DNA from: Squalus acanthias
Taxonomy: Eukaryota
DNA length: 64,000 nt
Reading direction: 5' to 3'
Assembly: GCA_030390025.1 (NCBI GenBank)
Contig: CM059432.1
Location: forward strand, 110,238,001-110,302,000
A model generated the notes under the pieces. That model was not told the origin of the DNA, ran no database searches, and saw only the letters and a program-made list of their open reading frames with translations. Every line of letters starts with the position of its first letter. Positions within the stretch are counted from its first letter, which is position 1. This document shows positions 48,677-61,089 of this stretch, in pieces. The position numbers and the translations under genes are program-made.

Positions 48677-50795
48677 CAAGAGTTTCCGCTTTGGGCACAA
48701 TCGGCGATCGGGGCGCAAATTGCGCCAGTTTTGAGAAGTGTTTTTTTCCCCACAAGTTTCCACTCATTTGCATATCACCAAATGTAATACCTGCCTTGGA
48801 CCAGCGCAATCGGGCAGCGCTTTAGAATGTAATTTATTTATTTTTAAATTAGCATATAAAAATATTGCTTGATATATTTGAGTGCTGTAACCTGAAAATG
48901 GGTTTAGCACAAAAAAAAAGCATTTTTAATCAGAGTGTCGAGTCTACTACCTGTGAGCAACATGATATTAAATAACTTTCTGAAGATGGTCACAATTACG
49001 GCGTCTGAGATCCCTGGCATGCTCTCCTCCTTCCAGATAAGAGAAATGAGTTCATGAAATTCGCAGCAGTAGTGCTTTAGTGCCTCGGCAGGGATTCCAT
49101 CTGCTCCTCAGGCCTTGTTGTTCTTCAGTTGTCGGATGGCCTTTTCAACCTCATGCTGGGCTGGGGTTGTGCTGAGGTGGTGGCGGGTAGCATGCTACAG
49201 GATGGAGTTGAGGACACTCGCGTCGAAGACAGAGTCTCGGTTAAGGAGATCTTCGAAGTGCTCCTTCCAGCGGGGACTGACTGCCTCTCTGTCCTTGATG
49301 AGTACCTCTCCGTTCTTGGCCCGCAGTGGGGTAGGACCGATTACCGCATAGTCCGATTGCGGTAATTACAGAGGAGTTTCCCTGCTGTCTGCCACAGGGA
49401 AAGTCATCGCAAGAATCCTCCTCAATCGCCTTCTCCCAGTGGCCAAAGAGCTCCTCCCAGAGTCGCAATGCGGATTCCGCCCACTGAGGGGCACAATGGA
49501 CATGATCTTCACCACACGTCAATTACAAGAGAAATGCAGGGAACAGCACCAACCGCTGTACATGGCCTTCTTCGATCTCACAAAGGCTTTCGACACTGTC
49601 AACCGTGAGGGATTATGGAGTGTCCTCCTCAAATTCGGCTGCCCTCAAAAGTTTGTCACCATCCTCCGGCTGCTTCACGACGACATGCAAGCTGTGATCC
49701 TGACCAACGGATCCACCACAGACACAATTCACGTACGGACCGGGATCAAGCAAGGCTGTGTCATCGCATCAACGCTCTTCTCGATCTTCCTTGCTACAAT
49801 GCTCCATCTCACCCTCAGTAAGCTCCCCACTGGAGCAAGCTAATTTACAGAACAAACGGGAAACTGTTCAACCTCCGTCGCCTCCAGTCCAGATGCAAGG
49901 TCGTCCCATCCTCTGTCATCGAATTACAGTATGCAGACGATGCTTGCGTCTGCGCTCACTCTGAGGTCGAACTCCAAACCATCGTCAACACCTTCACCGA
50001 AGCGTACGAGAGCATGGGCCTTACACTAAACATCCGTAAGACAAAGGTCCTCTAGCAACTTGCCCCCGCCACACAGTACTGCCCCCCGACTACCAAAATC
50101 CATGACGAGGCCTTGGACAACGTGGACTACTTTCCATACCTCGGGAGCCTGCTGTCAACAAGGGCAGACATCGATGACGAAGTCCAACACTGCCTTCAGT
50201 GTGCCCGTGCAGCCTTCGGTCGCTTGAGGAACGGAGTGTTTGAAGACCAGGACCTCAAACCCGGCACCAAGCTCATGGTCTACAGAGCAGCAGTGATACC
50301 CGCCCTGCTGTATGCCTCAGAGACAAGGACAATGTGTAGCAGGCACCTCAAAGCACTGGAGAGGTACCACCAACGCTGCCTCCGCAAGATCTTGCAAATC
50401 CATTGGCAGGATAGGCGCACCAACGTTAGTGTTCTCGCTCAGGCCAACATTGGTGTACAGTTTCTTGATAAATTTAAAAAATCATATTTAAAAGCTTTTA
50501 AAACATGCCTATTAGTGTCCTTGCGCCTAAAAATTTTAATTTTAAGAGCCTCCTCGAAGACCCGCAAACATGCGCCATTAGCAGAAACTCCCAATGGCGA
50601 TTAATTTGATCTGGGGGGCGTGGCCAGTTTAGTGGGCGGTGTCAGCTTCAAGCACGATGTTTATTAAACTAGCACAAAAGATTGCAGAAATTCTACTTGC
50701 GGGGAACATAACTTGTGCTTAAAATCCTTTAACTTTTGCGCTGGTTTGGCCAACTTGCACAAAAAAAACCAGCGCAATCGAGTGGAAACACCTGC
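48677..50795. mobile_element. Putative Harbinger-type MITE split by the RTE insertion
   Basis: Degenerate inverted ends gccaagagtttccgct / agtggaaacacctgcc, and CpG-rich arms around an AT-rich core. Confidence 0.4.
48976..50449 (+). mobile_element. RTE-clade LINE fragment with inverted 5' segment (48976-about 49340 on the minus strand)
   Basis: NYRGVSLL, LPESQCGFR, FFDLTKAFDTVNR, GIKQGC, YADD and FPYLGS motifs. The upstream part (RWKEHFEDLLN...GADGIPAE...IVTIF) is reversed. Confidence 0.88.
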
Positions 50796-52502
50796 CACCA
50801 TCTATAAAACAACTCCGCACAGCGATTGAAGTTTGTTCGTGCACGGAATCCTACCTGCTAGTGGGCGCTGCTTGTGCGGAAAGACCTGTCAGGCACGGAG
50901 GAAATCGATGGTCGGTGGGAATTTCAAGAAGAGAGCTTAATTTCATTTTAATTAAACCCTTGGCTTGGCTGGGCCAAGAACTACAACTAATTTGCAGTGT
51001 GGAGAGGAAGGAAAAGAAATGAAAACATCCTCAGCCCCGTGGTAACAGAGTACGGCTGATTTCCCTTCAGTCCAGTCTGCACACTCATTAACTGACCCCT
51101 CTTGGAGCGCAGTGGGCAGATCATCGGAAAATCTCACGTTCTCACAGCAGGAGATTAATCTTCAATTTGTGGAGACTCCGGGAGGGTTGGGAACCCGATC
51201 CTGCTGGTGACTTGGATCTCATTAATTGAATTAACTTATGTAGGACCAGACAAGAGCCAAAATAAGCAATGCAAATAAAAATCCTAGTAACAAACCTAAA
51301 CCTCGATCCATTTCTCCTACAATATAAACATGGATGGTTGAAGTTGTGAAACTCTCGCTGGCAAGATCAGGGCCAGAACACTGGAATTTCAAGAAGAAGG
51401 TAAGTTGGAATTTTTCCACCTCCACGACCCCCCCACCCCCGGCCAATTCACCTCTTGCTTTATGCCGGGGACCTTTCACTCAGGTCCCGAGAGGCGGCCT
51501 CCTGCTGTGCAAAATGCTGCTCCCACCACCAGCCACCTGGTCATTCCCGCCGTGCTCAGCTGGGAGTTCTTCCTCCTACAGGATAATGAGTTAAAATGGC
51601 CCGGGCCTCATGCAGTCACAAGCACTTCCTGCTCACCCCGGCCCACACACGCCGCACTCACGCCCCAAGTTAAAATCGGAGCTCATGTCACAGTGATCAG
51701 CCACCATACAAACTGGGCCAGAGTTTTAGTATGTTGTACATTATGGAGCACAGACTTAAATCAAGTTAATCTAATAAATCTGTGATAAATAGGCAATGAA
51801 AGATAAAGTTGCATAAATTCCCGATTCAAAAACAAGCAAGTTGAAAAGTAATCCAAATATATCAATACCGTCACTGGGGGCTAAATTCGACAGCCCCCGA
51901 AAACGGGCACGGATCGCAATGCACGATTAACCCACGCCCGTTCAATCTGAAGCAGGCAGCCCGACATCTTCGATCTGCTTGCTCATTACCATGATTGTAG
52001 GGTGCAGCCAACACTAAGTGAGTGGCTGTACACATCAGCAGGGGGCCCAAAATCGTGAGACGCTAGCACAAGTTAAAGCTAGTCTGCACCACTTAAAGCC
52101 AGCCTACACCTCTTTAAGGGGAGGTGCATTATGGCTGGAGCATGTAGTGAAAGTCCTTGTACAAGTCATTCTGATGTGGAAAAAGACTGAATAATGGCAC
52201 AACATGGGAGAGAGCATGCTCCAAGGTTCTCCGACGCTGCACTGGGAGGCCTTGGTGGGGGAGGTGGAGAGGAGCAGAGATGTGCAGTATCCACAGGGAG
52301 CTAGGAGGCCCTCCAGACAAACGCTCAGAAGGCAGTGGGACCAGATAGCCATGGTGGTCAGTGCCAGGAGTCAAGACCTGAGGACCTGGATATAGACCCG
52401 AGGACCTGAATATAGAAACATAGAAAATAGGTGCAGGAGTAGACCATTCGGTCCTTCGAGCCTGCACCGCCATTTAATGCGTTCATGGCTGAACATGCTA
52501 CC

Positions 52503-55440
52503 TCAGTAGCCCATTCCTGCTTTCTCGCCATACCCCTTGATCCCCCTAGTTGTGAGTATTATATCTAACTCCCTTTTAAATATATTTAGCGAACTGGCCT
52601 CAACAACCTTCTGTGGTAGAGAATTCCACAGATTCACCACTCTCTGGGTGAAGAAGTTCCTCCTCATCTCAGTCTTAAGTGGCTTCCCCTTTATCCTTAG
52701 ACTGTGACCCCTGGTTTTAGTTTTCCCTAACATTGGAAACATTCTGCCCGCATCTAATTTGTCTAAACCAGTCAGGATTTTAAACGTCTCTATAAGATTC
52801 CCCCCTCATTCTTCTGAACTCCAGAGGATACAAGTTCAGTTGATCCAGTCTTTCTTGATATGTCAGTCTGGCCATCCCAGGAATCAATCTGGTGAACCTT
52901 CGTTGCACTCCCTCAATAGCAAGAATGTCCTTCCTCAAGTTAGGAGACCAAAACTGCACACAATACTCCAGGTGTGGCCTCACCAAGGCCCTGTACAACT
53001 GTAGCATCACCTCCCTACTCCTGTACTCAAATCCCCTTGCTATGAAGGCCATCATGCCATTTGCTTTCTTGACTGCCTGCTGCACTTGCCTTCCCACCTT
53101 CAGTGACTGATGTACCATGACGCCCAGGTCTCGTTGCACCTCCCCTTTCCCTAATCTGCCACCATTCAGGTAATAGTCTGCCTCCCTATTTTTACCACCA
53201 AAGTGGATAACCTCACATTTATCCACATTGTACTTCATCTGCCATACATTTGCCCATTCACCCAACCTGTCCAAGTCACTCTGTAGCCTCCTAGCATCCT
53301 CCTCATTGTTCACACTGCCTCCCAATTTAGTGTCACCCGCAAATTTGGAGATATTACAATTAATCCCTTCGTCCAAATCATTAATATATAATGTAAACAG
53401 CTGGGGCCCCAGCACCGAACCCTGCGGTACCCCGCTGGTCACTGCCTGCCATTCTGAAAAGTACCCATTTACTCCTACTCTTTGTTTCCTGTGTGCCAAC
53501 CAGTTCTCAATCCACGTCAACACATTACCCCCAATCCCATGTGCTTTAACTTTGCACACCAATCTCTTGTGTGGGACCTTGTCGAAGGCCTTCTGAAAGT
53601 CCAAATACACCACAACTACTGGTTCCCCCCCGTCCACCCTATTGGAAACATCCTCAAAAAATTCCAGAAGATTTGTCAAGCATGATTTCCCTTTCACAAA
53701 TCCATGCTGACTTGGACCTATCATGTCGCCACTTTCCAAATGGTCTGTTATGACATCTTTAATAATTGATTCCATCATTTTACCCACCACCGATGTCAGG
53801 CTGACCGGTCTATAATTCCCTGCTTTCTCCCTCCCTCCTTTTTTAAAAAGAGGGGTTACATTAGCCACCCTCCACTCCTTCGGAACTGATCCAGAGTCTA
53901 AGGAATGTTGGAAAATGATCGTCAATGCATCCACTATTTCCAAGGCCACCTCCTTAAGTACTCTGGGATGCAGACCATCAAACCCTGGGGATTTATCAGC
54001 CTTCAGTCCCATCAATTTCCCCAACACCTTTTCCCGACTGATAAGGATTTCCCTCAGCTCCTCCCTCTTACCAGATCCTTTGATCTCTTTTATTTCCGGA
54101 AGGTTGTTTGTGTCCTCCACAGTAAACACCGAACCAAAGTACTTGTTCAATTGATCTGCCATTTCTTTGTTCCCCATTATGACTTCCCCTGTTTCTGACT
54201 GCAGGGGACCTACGTTTGTTTTTACTAACCTCTTTCTTTTTACATATTTATAGAAGCTTTTGCAGTCCGTTTTAATGTTCTCCGCAAGCTTCCTTTCATA
54301 TTTTATTTTCCCTGCCCTAATCAAACCCTTCGTCCTCCTCTGCTGAGTTTTAAAGTTCTCCCAGTCCCCGGGTTTGCTGCTACTTCTGGCCAATTTGTAT
54401 GCCACTTCCTTGCTTTTAATACTATCCCTGATTTCCCTTGTTAGCCATGGTTGAGCCACCTTCCCTTTTTTATTTTTACGCCAGACAGGGATATACAATT
54501 GCTGTAGTTCATCCATGCGATCTCTAAATGTCTGCCATTGCCCTTCCACTGATAACCCCTTAAATATCGCTTGCCAATCTAACCTCGCCAATTCACGCCT
54601 CATACCCTCAAAGTTGCCCTTATTTAAGTTCTGGACCATGGTCTCTGAATTAACTGTTTCCTTCTCCATCCTAATGTAGAACTCCACCATACTATGGTCA
54701 CTCTTCCCCAAGGGGCCTCGCACCACAAGATTGCTGATTAGTCCTTCCTCATTACACAACACCCAGTCCAGGATGGCCTCCCCTCTAGTTGGTTCCTCAA
54801 CATATTGGTTTAGGAAACCATCCCTTAAACACTCCAGGAAATCCTCCTCCACCGTATTGCTTCCAGTTTGAGTAGCCCAATCTATATGCATATTAAAGTC
54901 ACCCATGATAACTGCTGCGCCTTTTTTGCATGCACCTCTGATTTCCTGTTTCATACCCTCCCCCACCTCACTACTACTGTTTGGAGGTCTGTACACAACC
55001 CCCACTAACGTTTTCTGCCCATTGGTGTTCTGCAGCTCAACCCATATTGATTCCACATCCTCCAAGCTAATGTCCTTCCTAGCTATTGCATTAATCTCCT
55101 TTTTAACCAGCAATGCTACCCCACCACCTTTTCCTTTTATTCTATCCTTCCTGAATGTTGAATACCCCTGGATATTCAGTTCCCAGCCTTGATTGTTCTG
55201 GAGCCACGTCTCTGTAATCCCAATCACATCATATCCGTTAACATCAATTTGCACAGTCAATTCATCCACCTTATTACGGATACTCCTTGCATTAAAACAC
55301 AGAGCCTTTAGGCTTGTTTTATTAACACCCTTTGTCCTTTTAGACTTATGATTTAGTATGGCCCTTTGTGTTTCTTGCCTTTGTTTACTCGGATTTCCCT
55401 TATTGTTTCTCACCCTTCTAACATTTGTTTCTGACTGCAT
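52503..55440 (-). pseudogene. CR1 ORF2p (AP endonuclease + reverse transcriptase), nearly intact
   Basis: 886-aa open frame with one frameshift near 52800. The catalytic FADD reads FAGD. Confidence 0.93.
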
Positions 55441-55487
55441 ATTACTTCCTCCTGTTTCGCTACATAGGTTCCCATTCCCCTGCCATA

Positions 55488-56225
55488 TTAGTTTAAATCC
55501 TCCCGAACTGCCTTAGCAAATATTACCCCGAGGACATCGGTTCCAGTCCTGCCCAAGTGCAGACCGTCCCTTTTGTACAGGTCCCACTTCCCCCAGAACT
55601 GGTTCCAATGCCTCAGGTATTTGAATCCCTCCCTCCTGCACCACTGCTCAAGCCACGTATTTAATCTCGCTATCCTGTTCATGCTACTCTGATTAGCACG
55701 TGGCACTGGTAGCAACCCAGAGATTACTACCTTTGAGGTCCTACTTTTCAATTTAGCTCCGAGCTCCCTAAATTCTGCTTGTAGGACCTCTTCCCGCTTT
55801 TTACCTATATCGTTGGTACCTACATGCACCACGACAGCTGGCTCTTCACCCTCCCTTTCCAGAATGTTCTGCAGCCGCTCCGAGACATCCTTGACCCTTG
55901 CACCAGGGAGGCAACATACCATCCTGGAATCTCGGTTGCGGCCACAGAAACTCCTGTCTATTCCCCTTACAATTGAGTCCCCTATCACTGTAGCTCTACC
56001 ACTCTTATTCCCGCCCTGCTGTGCAGCAGAGCCAGCCATGGTGCCATGAACCTGGCTGCTGGTGCCTTCCCCTGGTAGGTCATTTCCCCCAACAGTATCC
56101 AAAACGGTATATCTGTTTTGGAGGGAGACGACCGCAGGGGACTCCTGCACTACCTTCCTGATATTGCCCTGCCTCTTGGTCACCCATTTACTGTCTGACC
56201 TAGCCTTTACCCGCGGTGTGTTCAA
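55488..56225 (-). pseudogene. CR1 ORF1p C-terminal SGNH-type esterase domain (N-terminus truncated)
   Basis: GDSIVRG, HVGTND and DGLHL motifs in an uninterrupted frame. Confidence 0.9.
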
Positions 56226-57984
56226 CTCACTAAATATAGTCCCGCAAAAAGTTCAATGACCTCACTCGAGTGGTTAAGGTCAGTGAATTCATCTTTAAAT
56301 GCCATAATCCACCAACTGCACCACTAGCCTCAGCCACTACTCAAATCACCACACCCCAATCACTCACCTACTTACAATCTCTATCAATCACAAATCATAC
56401 CTAACATTCATAGCTTCACCTCACCCTCACACACTTAACACTGTTGCAAGCCTCACACCCACATCTCACAGCTTGCACACACTGATAGCTATTCAACCAT
56501 GATAGCCACATCACCCAAACAGATTGCACCACACTCACTGACACACTTCCCTCTCTCTTGCAGGACAAAGGACAAGGTGGCTCACAACTGGAGGCAGCAA
56601 GAGCTAACCGGTGGGGTACAGGCGTGCCTGCACGTCCTTACCCCTATGGAGGAGACGGTGCTTGCCATCATTGGAGCGGCCATTGCTGAGGCCGTGGCCA
56701 GCAGCGGGGCTGAAACCATCGAAGATTACAGTATCCTCGAACCTAATCATCCTCGTCACATCCCACTTCCCCCTCATCCCACAATCTCTTCTGATTTACA
56801 AGCTGCAGATGGTGTAAGCATGCACCTCTTGCTCTCCCCCCTCTCCTCACCACAACCCTAACTTTGTGCGTTTCTCCTTTCAGATACCCAAGAACTGCAA
56901 CCTGGTCAGGTAGTGGTGGAAGAGCTACAGGTGGAAGAGGAAAGAGACAGTGAAGACGACGACACACCGTCACTCGATTTCACACTCACAGCCACCAGCT
57001 CAGACATTGACACGCCGCGTGCTTTAGAGGGTAGCTTAGAGGAGGGATCTGCACATGGTGAGACACCGGGCACAAGTGGCCTGCAGTCAGGGCAGGGGGC
57101 AAGGGTAGCACAGGTGCCAGCTCCCTGGAGGGTGAGGTCGCACACAAGTTCTGCTGCACAGGACTCAGATGAGTACTTCGATGGGGCAGGCTACAGAAGG
57201 CGGCTGATGGGTATGCACAATGAAATGCTTGGTGCATTGCAGGTCTGCCAGAAAGCTTGCGGTCAATATGAAGGAGCATGGAGGAGTCCGGCACCATCTT
57301 GGCACAGGGCTTTGAGCCCATCCTTTCCAGGATGGAAGTGGTGGCCAACTTCATTAGCGCACTTGTTGACCCACCCAGGGTGCAGCGTCTGATGGCTGAT
57401 GTCTCAACTTCCATTGCAGCACAAGCAGAAGCCACCCAACGTCTGGGTGCTGCAGTGGAAGCTCAGACTGCTGCCATCATGGCAGTGGATATCAGTGTTC
57501 AAAGGGGCTTGTAGGATGTCACAGCAGTCCAGCAATCTGTGCTCCAACAGATTACTAGGATTGGTGAGGCGCCGCCCCGGGGGAGTGGCAGTGGCTCCGT
57601 GGAGCACAAACTTGCTGTCCTCTCATGCCGAGGTGGGGCAGTCCGTTAGGCCCAGAACTGCTTGAGGTCGTCCTCCAAGGCCATCTGCAATCTTCTCCAC
57701 TGAAAGTCAGGCTGCAGCCATTGGGGTAGTACTGCGCAGGAGCACTCGGACCACTAGGACAGGCAAAGGCACATGGAAGACAGGCACTAAGGGAATGCAC
57801 AGGGGTGATTCGTTGACGTTTGTATGCAATATGGCATGGCTTTGATTTATAATTTTGGTTTGGAATGTTTATTTTGTGTTGGCTTTTAATTTCTCATTGT
57901 GGCCAAGTGGACGCTGTGATGGTCAGTGGCAGAGGGAAGGTAAGGTGTGGGACTGTTGGTGAACGGGGAATTGAGGTTGCGTTT

Positions 57985-59102
57985 ACTGGTATTGCAGTCG
58001 GATGAGTCGTTCACAGACAGCCCGGGCAGAAAGGAGCTGTTCGGTTGCCTCCTCCCTTCCTCTTCCTCCTGTTCGTCCTCCTCCTGCTCCTCAGCTGGTC
58101 GCCGCATGGCTGGTGGCAAGTGATGTACCCTCATGATGGCGAGGTTTTGCAGCATGCAGCAGACTACGACGAATCTTGACACCCACTCTGCAGGGCTCCT
58201 CCAGAGCAGTTTAGGCAGCGGAAGCATTGCTTCAGCACGCCGATGGTCTGCTCGATGATATTTCGTGTGGCAGCATGGCTTTCTTTGTATTCATGCTGCC
58301 CACATGTGCTTGGGATGCGCACTGGAGACATGAGCCATGTCGTTAGCGGATAGCCATCGTCTCCCAGTAGCCACCCTTTGGTTTGTCACGGTGGCTTAAA
58401 TGCAGATGCCACAGCGGACTGCTGCAGAATGAAGGCATCATGATTGCTATCAGGATACCAGACATTGACCTGCATGATTGGCTGCCGACGGTCACACATC
58501 AGCTGGACGTTGAGGGAGTGGAATCCCTTTCGGTTGCGGTACCCGTCAGAGTTGACATGTGGCACCCACAAAGCGATGTGCGAGCAGTCAATGGCACCCT
58601 GCACCATGGGGAAGCCTACAATCTGCTCAGCCTGCTTCTCTCTGGCAAGAGAGAATGAAATGTAGTTATCTCTCTTTGAATAGAGAGCCTTAGTGACCTC
58701 CCTTACACAACAGTGCACTGCAAACTGTGAGATGTTGCAAATATCGCCGCTCCAGCCTGGAAGAAGCCAGACGATATAAGTTCATGGCCACGCTGACCTT
58801 CACAACCACTGGCAATGCAGTCCATGCCTTGCTCTGAGGTTGCAGTTGTGGCTGCAGCAAGTGGCAGATTTCAGTGAGGATGTCCTTATTGAAGCGCAGA
58901 CATCTATGACGCACTGTTCTTCGCTGAGGTTCAGGTAGGAGAATTACTCTCTGAACAGCCTGGGCGGATATGGCCGCCTGCTGAGAGCCCGTCTCCCCCT
59001 CCTCCTCCACCCTCTTCCAGCAGCTTGTACTGCTCTATGTCACCTCTGTTTATTATCCAGGTCATGCTGTATTCCAAGGGGAATTCCTACTACTGCACCC
59101 AT
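57985..59102 (-). pseudogene. Harbinger DDE transposase, disrupted
   Basis: GAIDCSHI, NRKGFHSLNVQLMCD, NHDAFIL, LLGDDGYP, IEQTIGVLKQ and CCMLQNLA motifs. Confidence 0.88.
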
Positions 59103-59734
59103 GTCTGGGAGAAACTGGTTAATGCAGAAGCCTTGAAGTCAAGACAAAGTCCTTCAGCACTCGCTGTAGACTTTAGCAACTTTAAAGAACTCTAGAAAGC
59201 AGCAAACACTAGTAGAATCGTAGCGACAGCCAGTAGAAATCAATCAGCAACTAACGTGTAAGTATTTGATGAACCCTTTAAATATCGCTGGTAGGGGGGG
59301 TCCTTCCTGCTGCTGAACGTGTGTTCAGCTGTGTGAAGTTAAGACAAGGTGTTAGCTGGAGCGTTGAGCTCCAAAATGGCAGTGCTGGTGTCAATCAGCG
59401 TTGCACACTGATTGACGTCATGATCGGTCTGCACTGCATACTTTCGGTGGATGCTCAATGCGTGCGCGCCAACGCCTTACCCAACATGGGCGTACGGCGT
59501 GACTGGCAGCAGAAGTGTGCGCGCGGGCTGCGGACACCATACTGTACCTTGAAGGGTACTCGTTGTGCCCAAAAAACGAGTGCCAAGTATCCAAATTCTG
59601 CACCCGCCAAGAGCAGCGCGCCAATTTGAAATACTATTTGATTCGGAATCCTCTCTCCCCAATTATAACGTTCGTACAGTCTTCGAGTCTGTACCAGGAC
59701 TTGCTCCTCGACACTTCAGGTTACATTCTATGCT

Positions 59735-60103
59735 GCGTTTGTAGGATTTCAGGATACTAATCACCCACGCACCAAGCATTTGTGGGATTTCAGGACACGA
59801 ATCCCCCACGCACCAAGCATTTGTGGGATTTCAGGACAATAATCCCCCACGCACCAAGCATTTGTGGGATTTCAGGACAATAATCCCCCACGCACCAAGC
59901 ATTTGTGGGATTTCAGGACAATAATCCCCCACGCACCAAGCATTTGTGGGATTTCAGGACAATAATCCCCCACACACCAAGCATTTGTGGGATTTCAGGA
60001 TATTAATCCCCCACGCACCAAGCATTTGTGGGATTTCAGGATACTAATCACCCACGCACCAAGAATTTGTGGGATTTCAGGATACTAATCACCCACGCAC
60101 CAA
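59735..60103 (+). repeat. Minisatellite, 9 x 41 bp
   Basis: Consensus gcatttgtgggatttcaggacaataatcccccacgcaccaa, contiguous with no spacers. Confidence 0.95.
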
Positions 60104-60440
60104 TGGTTTGCTCTCAAGGGCCAGGTTCAAGAGAGAAACAGAAGCCAATTTCAACCAAAACGAATGGCCTTGAGTTGGCATCTCTCCGGGATCGATGCAG
60201 TACAATTGGCCTCAACACCCCTGGGGTGGGGACTGGGTAATATATAAATCAGACAAAGGTTTGTATTAAGTAGCTGTTAGACTATTCGAATTGTAATCTA
60301 TAATTTAGGCTTAAAACTCTGCAACTCACCACCAAAGTCTGTCTGTAAGCTCTGTAAGGTTAACTTTGTTTCTCTCTATCTGTCCTGCTGAGTATTTCCA
60401 GCAGTTTCTGAAATTATAGGCCCATTAGTCTGACGTCACT

Positions 60441-61078
60441 TAGAATCATGGAATGGTTACAGCACAGAAGGAGGCCATTCGACCCGTTGAGCCTGTGCCG
60501 GTTCTCTGCAAGAGCACTTCAGCTAGTCTCACTCCCCCGCCCTTTCCTTGTAGCCCTGCAAATCTTTTTTCCTTCAGGTACTTATCCAACTCCTTTTTGA
60601 AAGCCATGACTGAGTCTGCCTCCACCGCCCTTTCAGGCAGTGCATTCCAGATCCTAACTAGTCGCTGCGTAAAAAAGTTTTTCCCCATGTCGCCTTTGGA
60701 TCGTCTGCCAATCATCTTAAATCTGTGTCCTCTGTTTCTCGACCCTTCCACCAATGGGAACAGTTTCTCTCTATCTACTCTGTCTAGACCCATCATAATT
60801 TTGAACACCTCTATCAAATCTCCTCTCAACCTTCTATACTCCAAGGAGAACAACCCCAGCTTCTCCAGTCTATCCACGTAACTCCAATTCCTCATTCCTG
60901 GAACCATTCTTGTAAATCTTTTCTGCACCTTCTCTAAGGTCTTCACATCCTTCCTAAAGTGTGGTACCCAGAATTGGACACAATGCTCCAACTAGGGCTG
61001 AACCAGTGTTTTATAAAGGTTCATCGTAACCTCCTTGCTTTTGTACTCTATGCCTCTATTTATAAAGCCCAGGATCCA
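60441..61078 (-). mobile_element. CR1 3' fragment
   Basis: ORF 60446..60991. Confidence 0.9.
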
Positions 61079-61089
61079 GTGTGTTTGTT

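Larger units (their letters stand above)
52412..56232 (-). mobile_element. Young CR1 LINE, 5'-truncated within ORF1
   Basis: ORF1 esterase 55488..56225, ORF2 52780..55440, C-terminus 52503..52742, tail (ctatgttt)n. Confidence 0.95.
52194..57800 (+). pseudogene. Harbinger Myb/SANT-like gene, 3 exons, exon 1 split by CR1
   Basis: MAQHGREHAPRFSD...QWDQIA...RTWI | RKKFNDLTRVVK. Donor gt at 56279, acceptors at 56563 and 56883. Confidence 0.8.
51876..59605 (-). mobile_element. Decayed PIF/Harbinger transposon (copy 2), interrupted by a 3.8-kb CR1
   Basis: Degenerate inverted ends gggggctaaattcg / ccaaattctgcaccc. Myb-like gene on +, transposase on -. Confidence 0.85.

Noticed and set aside
59735..60103. 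CRISPR array
   Set aside because: Units are contiguous with no unique spacers, there are no cas genes, and the context is a vertebrate intron.
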